NCBI GenBank assembly: GCA_026770705.1
Contig: JANJGN010000071.1
Location: 806,001 to 869,858 of the forward strand
Reading direction: 5' to 3'
Length of the DNA: 63,858 bases
DNA from: Isurus oxyrinchus
Lineage: Eukaryota
Shown here: positions 60,730-63,858 of the stretch, one piece after another
Numbering within the stretch: position 1 is the stretch's first letter
Layout: the number at the start of each line of letters is the position of its first letter
Translations under genes and position numbers: made by a program
The notes under the pieces: generated by a model
Seen by the model: the letters and a program-made list of their open reading frames with translations, nothing else
What the model was told of the DNA's origin: nothing
Database searches by the model: none

Positions 60730-62210
60730 GGTGAGGTGAGAGTGACTGCCTTTGACATCAAGTCTGCATTTGACCGAGTGTGGCATCTAGGAGCCCGAGT
60801 AAAACTGGAGTCAATGGGAATCAGGGGTGGTACGAAAGTATAATAATTTGCTTAATATTTTCCTGGTTTGTTGTAAACTAGGTTTATGGGTGTGAGTGTA
60901 GATGGGTCTGTCTGTGTAGTTTAATTACATCTGGAGTCAGGTAGACTGCAAGTTTGAGATTATCAAAAGAAGCTAGGTGTAGAAATGTACTTGAAATGCT
61001 AATGAGAACACATGGAGGCTGCCTTAGCATGTAAGGTGTGAAGGGGTTGTTTAGATTTCAAAGGGATGTTGGTCTGTTTAGGACAAGCCCAATAAGCAAA
61101 GCTAAGGAGTTTTTTTTTAATTTTACCCAAACTTCATTGACAATATTGGCAACATGAAAGTTTATATTTTGGGAAAGGTACAGTTCCAAAGAATTTACAC
61201 ATGAAAGAGAGAGAAACATGTATAAAGGAGAATGAAAGGCTATGTTGGGGGCCATGTAAGATCTAACAGGAGTGTGTGAAACAGGCTTGAAGAAGCCTCC
61301 AGGCATTTGTGCATAAGTCTGTTATGTTCAGTAAATAAAGTTGGAGAAATCCATTTAGAATTCCAGTGTCAAGTGTGTGCTGTGTTAACTCGCTGGGTTT
61401 GTTTTTAATCTAAAATCTTATTTTGGACTGTTGCCTTAAACAGGCTCTGTAACTGGGAGTCAGGTTAATTAGGAATTTGAGAATATATTTTAGCTGTAAC
61501 TAACCGTGGTATTATGTCTGTGCTTGAAATCTTTTATTTTGTTAATAAATATCTTAATTGAATTTTTAAAAACTCTAAAGGTGTGGTCAACTCATTACTC
61601 CTGAATTCAGTGCACACTTCTTGTAATAAATACAAATTGCAAAACTATTGTGATAGCGTGACCAATTTTCCCTTGTGGATTTGGAGCACCAAGCACACAT
61701 CATCTGCCATGTCATGTCACAGGGAAAACTCTCCACTCGTTGGATTCATACCAAGTACAAAGGAAGGTGGTTGTGGTTGTTGGAGGTCAGTCATCTCAGT
61801 TCCAGGACATCACTGCAGGAGTTGCTCAGTGTAGTGTCCTAGGCCCAACCATCTTCAGCTGCTTCATCAATGACATTCATTCTATCAGATGGTCAGAATT
61901 ATGGAAGGTCGCTGATGATTGCAGAACGTTCAACATCATTCATGACTCATCAGATGCTGAAGCAGTCCATGTCCAAATGCAGCAAGACCTGGACAATATC
62001 CAGGCTTGGCCTGACAAGTGGCAAGTAACATTCATGCCACACAAGTGCCAGGCAATGACCATTTCCAACCAGAGAGAATATATCCATCTCCCCTTAATGT
62101 CCAATAGCATCACCATTGCTGAATCCCACACTATCAACACTCTGGGGGTTACCAATGACTAGAAACTGAACTGGACTAGCCATATAAACACTGTGACTAT
62201 AAGAGCAGGC
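60730..62210 (+). mobile_element. CR1/L2-group LINE RT fragment with a nested solo-LTR-like insertion (about 60828-61720)
   Basis: LINE sequence ggaatcagggg...gaaaactctccact is split by a TG...CA element. ORF 61740-62162 reads SVLGPTIFSCFINDI...ADD...QQDLDNIQAW. Confidence 0.8.
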
Positions 62211-62649
62211 GAGAAGCAATTAAAATGCCCTGACATTTCTGTACATTTTTATCAAATTAAATACCTACTCTAGTGAATAATTCCATTCTCCAAGGCACCA
62301 CTTCCTGTTGTCACATGTCCTTCTGATTATTTAAATTCCTGTGTCATTGGTAATGGAACATTCCCATGTAAACATGTCACACTGTAATTACAGCCTCCTA
62401 CCAGTGGTGGTGCTTTAGTGTCCTAGTTTTGCTTCTCAGAGACTGGAGGAGCTGGAAACGTTGTGTTTACAATATAAGTAACACTCAGGAGTGACCAGGG
62501 GGATTCTTTTGGCCAAGTTTACGATGTTGCTAAGATACAATGGCCCCGTGGGATTTTTCCTACTGCGTTTACAAGGTTGAATTGAAGAGATTTTTGAAGT
62601 GTCTGGCACAGTTTTATTAAGATCCCCTCACAACCAATCTGGTGTCACT

Positions 62650-63165
62650 GATTTCAGTTCTGGGTCCAGCAGCTTAGGAAGGATATATTGTCCTTGGAGG
62701 GGCTGCTGTGCAGAGTCACCAGAACGATCCCGGGGCTGAAAGGGTTAAATCCCGAGGACAGGTTGCACAGACCAGGCTTGTGTTCCCTCGAGTCTCGAAG
62801 ATTAAGGGGTGATCTAATCGAGGGGTTTAAGATGATTAAAGGCTTTGTTACGGGCAATAGAGAGAAACTATTTCCTCTGATGGGGTTGAGGTGAGGAGGG
62901 TTCAGAACAAGGGGGCAGAACATTAACATTGGAGCCAGGCCGTTCAGGGGGTGATGTCAGGAAGCACTTCTTCACACAAAGCGGGGGTGGAAATCTGGAA
63001 CTCACTCCCCCAGAAAAAGCTGTCGAGACTGGGAGGGGTCAATTGTAAATTTCAAAACTGAGATTGGGAGATGTTTGTTGGGTCGGGGGGTTAAGGGTTA
63101 CAGAACCGAGGCGGGTGGATGGGGTTAAGATACAGATCGGACGTGATCCAATCAAATGTTAGGAC
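62650..63165 (+). mobile_element. CR1 LINE 3' fragment
   Basis: LCSLESRRLRGDLIEGFKMIKG. Confidence 0.85.
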
Positions 63166-63858
63166 GGTGAGTCTCAGGGAGGCTGGCCCAACCCCAGACG
63201 CAGCCGTCTCTGTGACCTGCTTCAACCCTGTGAGTCAGCAATGACAACATGAGTTGATGTTAGCCTGATATGTAGTGCATGGAGGGATATTACTCTCCAG
63301 GGTGTGTGTGCATCACAGTGCTCATTCACATGTGTTCCATGTGCACCTACATCAGCTGTGTAGACATACAAGCCTCAATGCTGCATCCGGGGAATGTGCC
63401 ATGTCTCACACCTTAGCTGCAGCACGACCCTTCCCTTGGAGCTCTGTGTGCTCGAGACATATTTTGTTATTTTTTCCTGCCGTCTCTGTGTCCCCCGACC
63501 CGGGAGTGAAAATCCGGCCTTAACTTCCACTTTCTAGTGTCTGAGACAAGAGGCAATGAGTGAGTGGGCTGACGGTCAGGATTAATGCTGTTAATCTGTG
63601 TTTGAGGGGCTGTGAATTCTCGGGGGACTAGTTACTCTCTGAGCTGCAGCTTCCAAATCCTTATTTGATGCCGTGCATGTGGGGTTGGAAGATTTTTTTT
63701 AAAACCACAGGCAGTTCACAGAAACCCACAGGAAACCCACAGAGAGACAGTCACTGGGATACACACTCACTCCTTGTGGTTTCACCTTTTAACCACATCC
63801 TGTCTGTGTGGCTTAAATGTTAAACACAGTGGCCAGACTCAAGGAGGTTTCACTCTGT

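Overview
Eukaryotic, intron-containing vertebrate DNA, most likely from a cartilaginous fish (inferred from the repeat content: CR1/L2-group LINEs, DeuSINE-type SINEs with 32-bp arrays, short Penelope-derived elements). I assembled all exons by hand from GT/AG boundaries and phases. The window is a rapidly rearranging cluster of Siglec/CD22/MAG-like Ig-lectin receptor genes. Gene A (+, 3627-10929) is apparently intact and CD33-like: leader-V-C2-TM-tail with ITIM LLYANL and ITSM-like TEYAQI. Gene B (+, 17037-28667) has leader, V, four C2 domains and TM but no recognisable ITIM exons. Gene C (+, 30067-35065) is a decayed activating-type paralogue with an Arg in the TM and a short tail. Gene D (+, 54967-60536) is a headless inhibitory unit with three tandem C2 exons, two of them damaged. 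Gene E (-, 50618-49465) is a divergent leader plus V exon cut off by a Ty3/Gypsy remnant. Inside the cluster, and missed by the ORF track, lies a three-exon hepcidin (HAMP)-type gene on the minus strand (46717-42206). Its predicted 8-Cys mature peptide, MDRQQLCIFCCSCCNWREPNETCGLCCRY, is atypical. It has a TATA/GC-box/GGCGCC/C-EBP-like promoter and one in-frame TAA in exon 1. The start of the window looks like the product of a CR1-mediated inversion of a paralogous unit. No database searches were run; family assignments rest on motif recognition.
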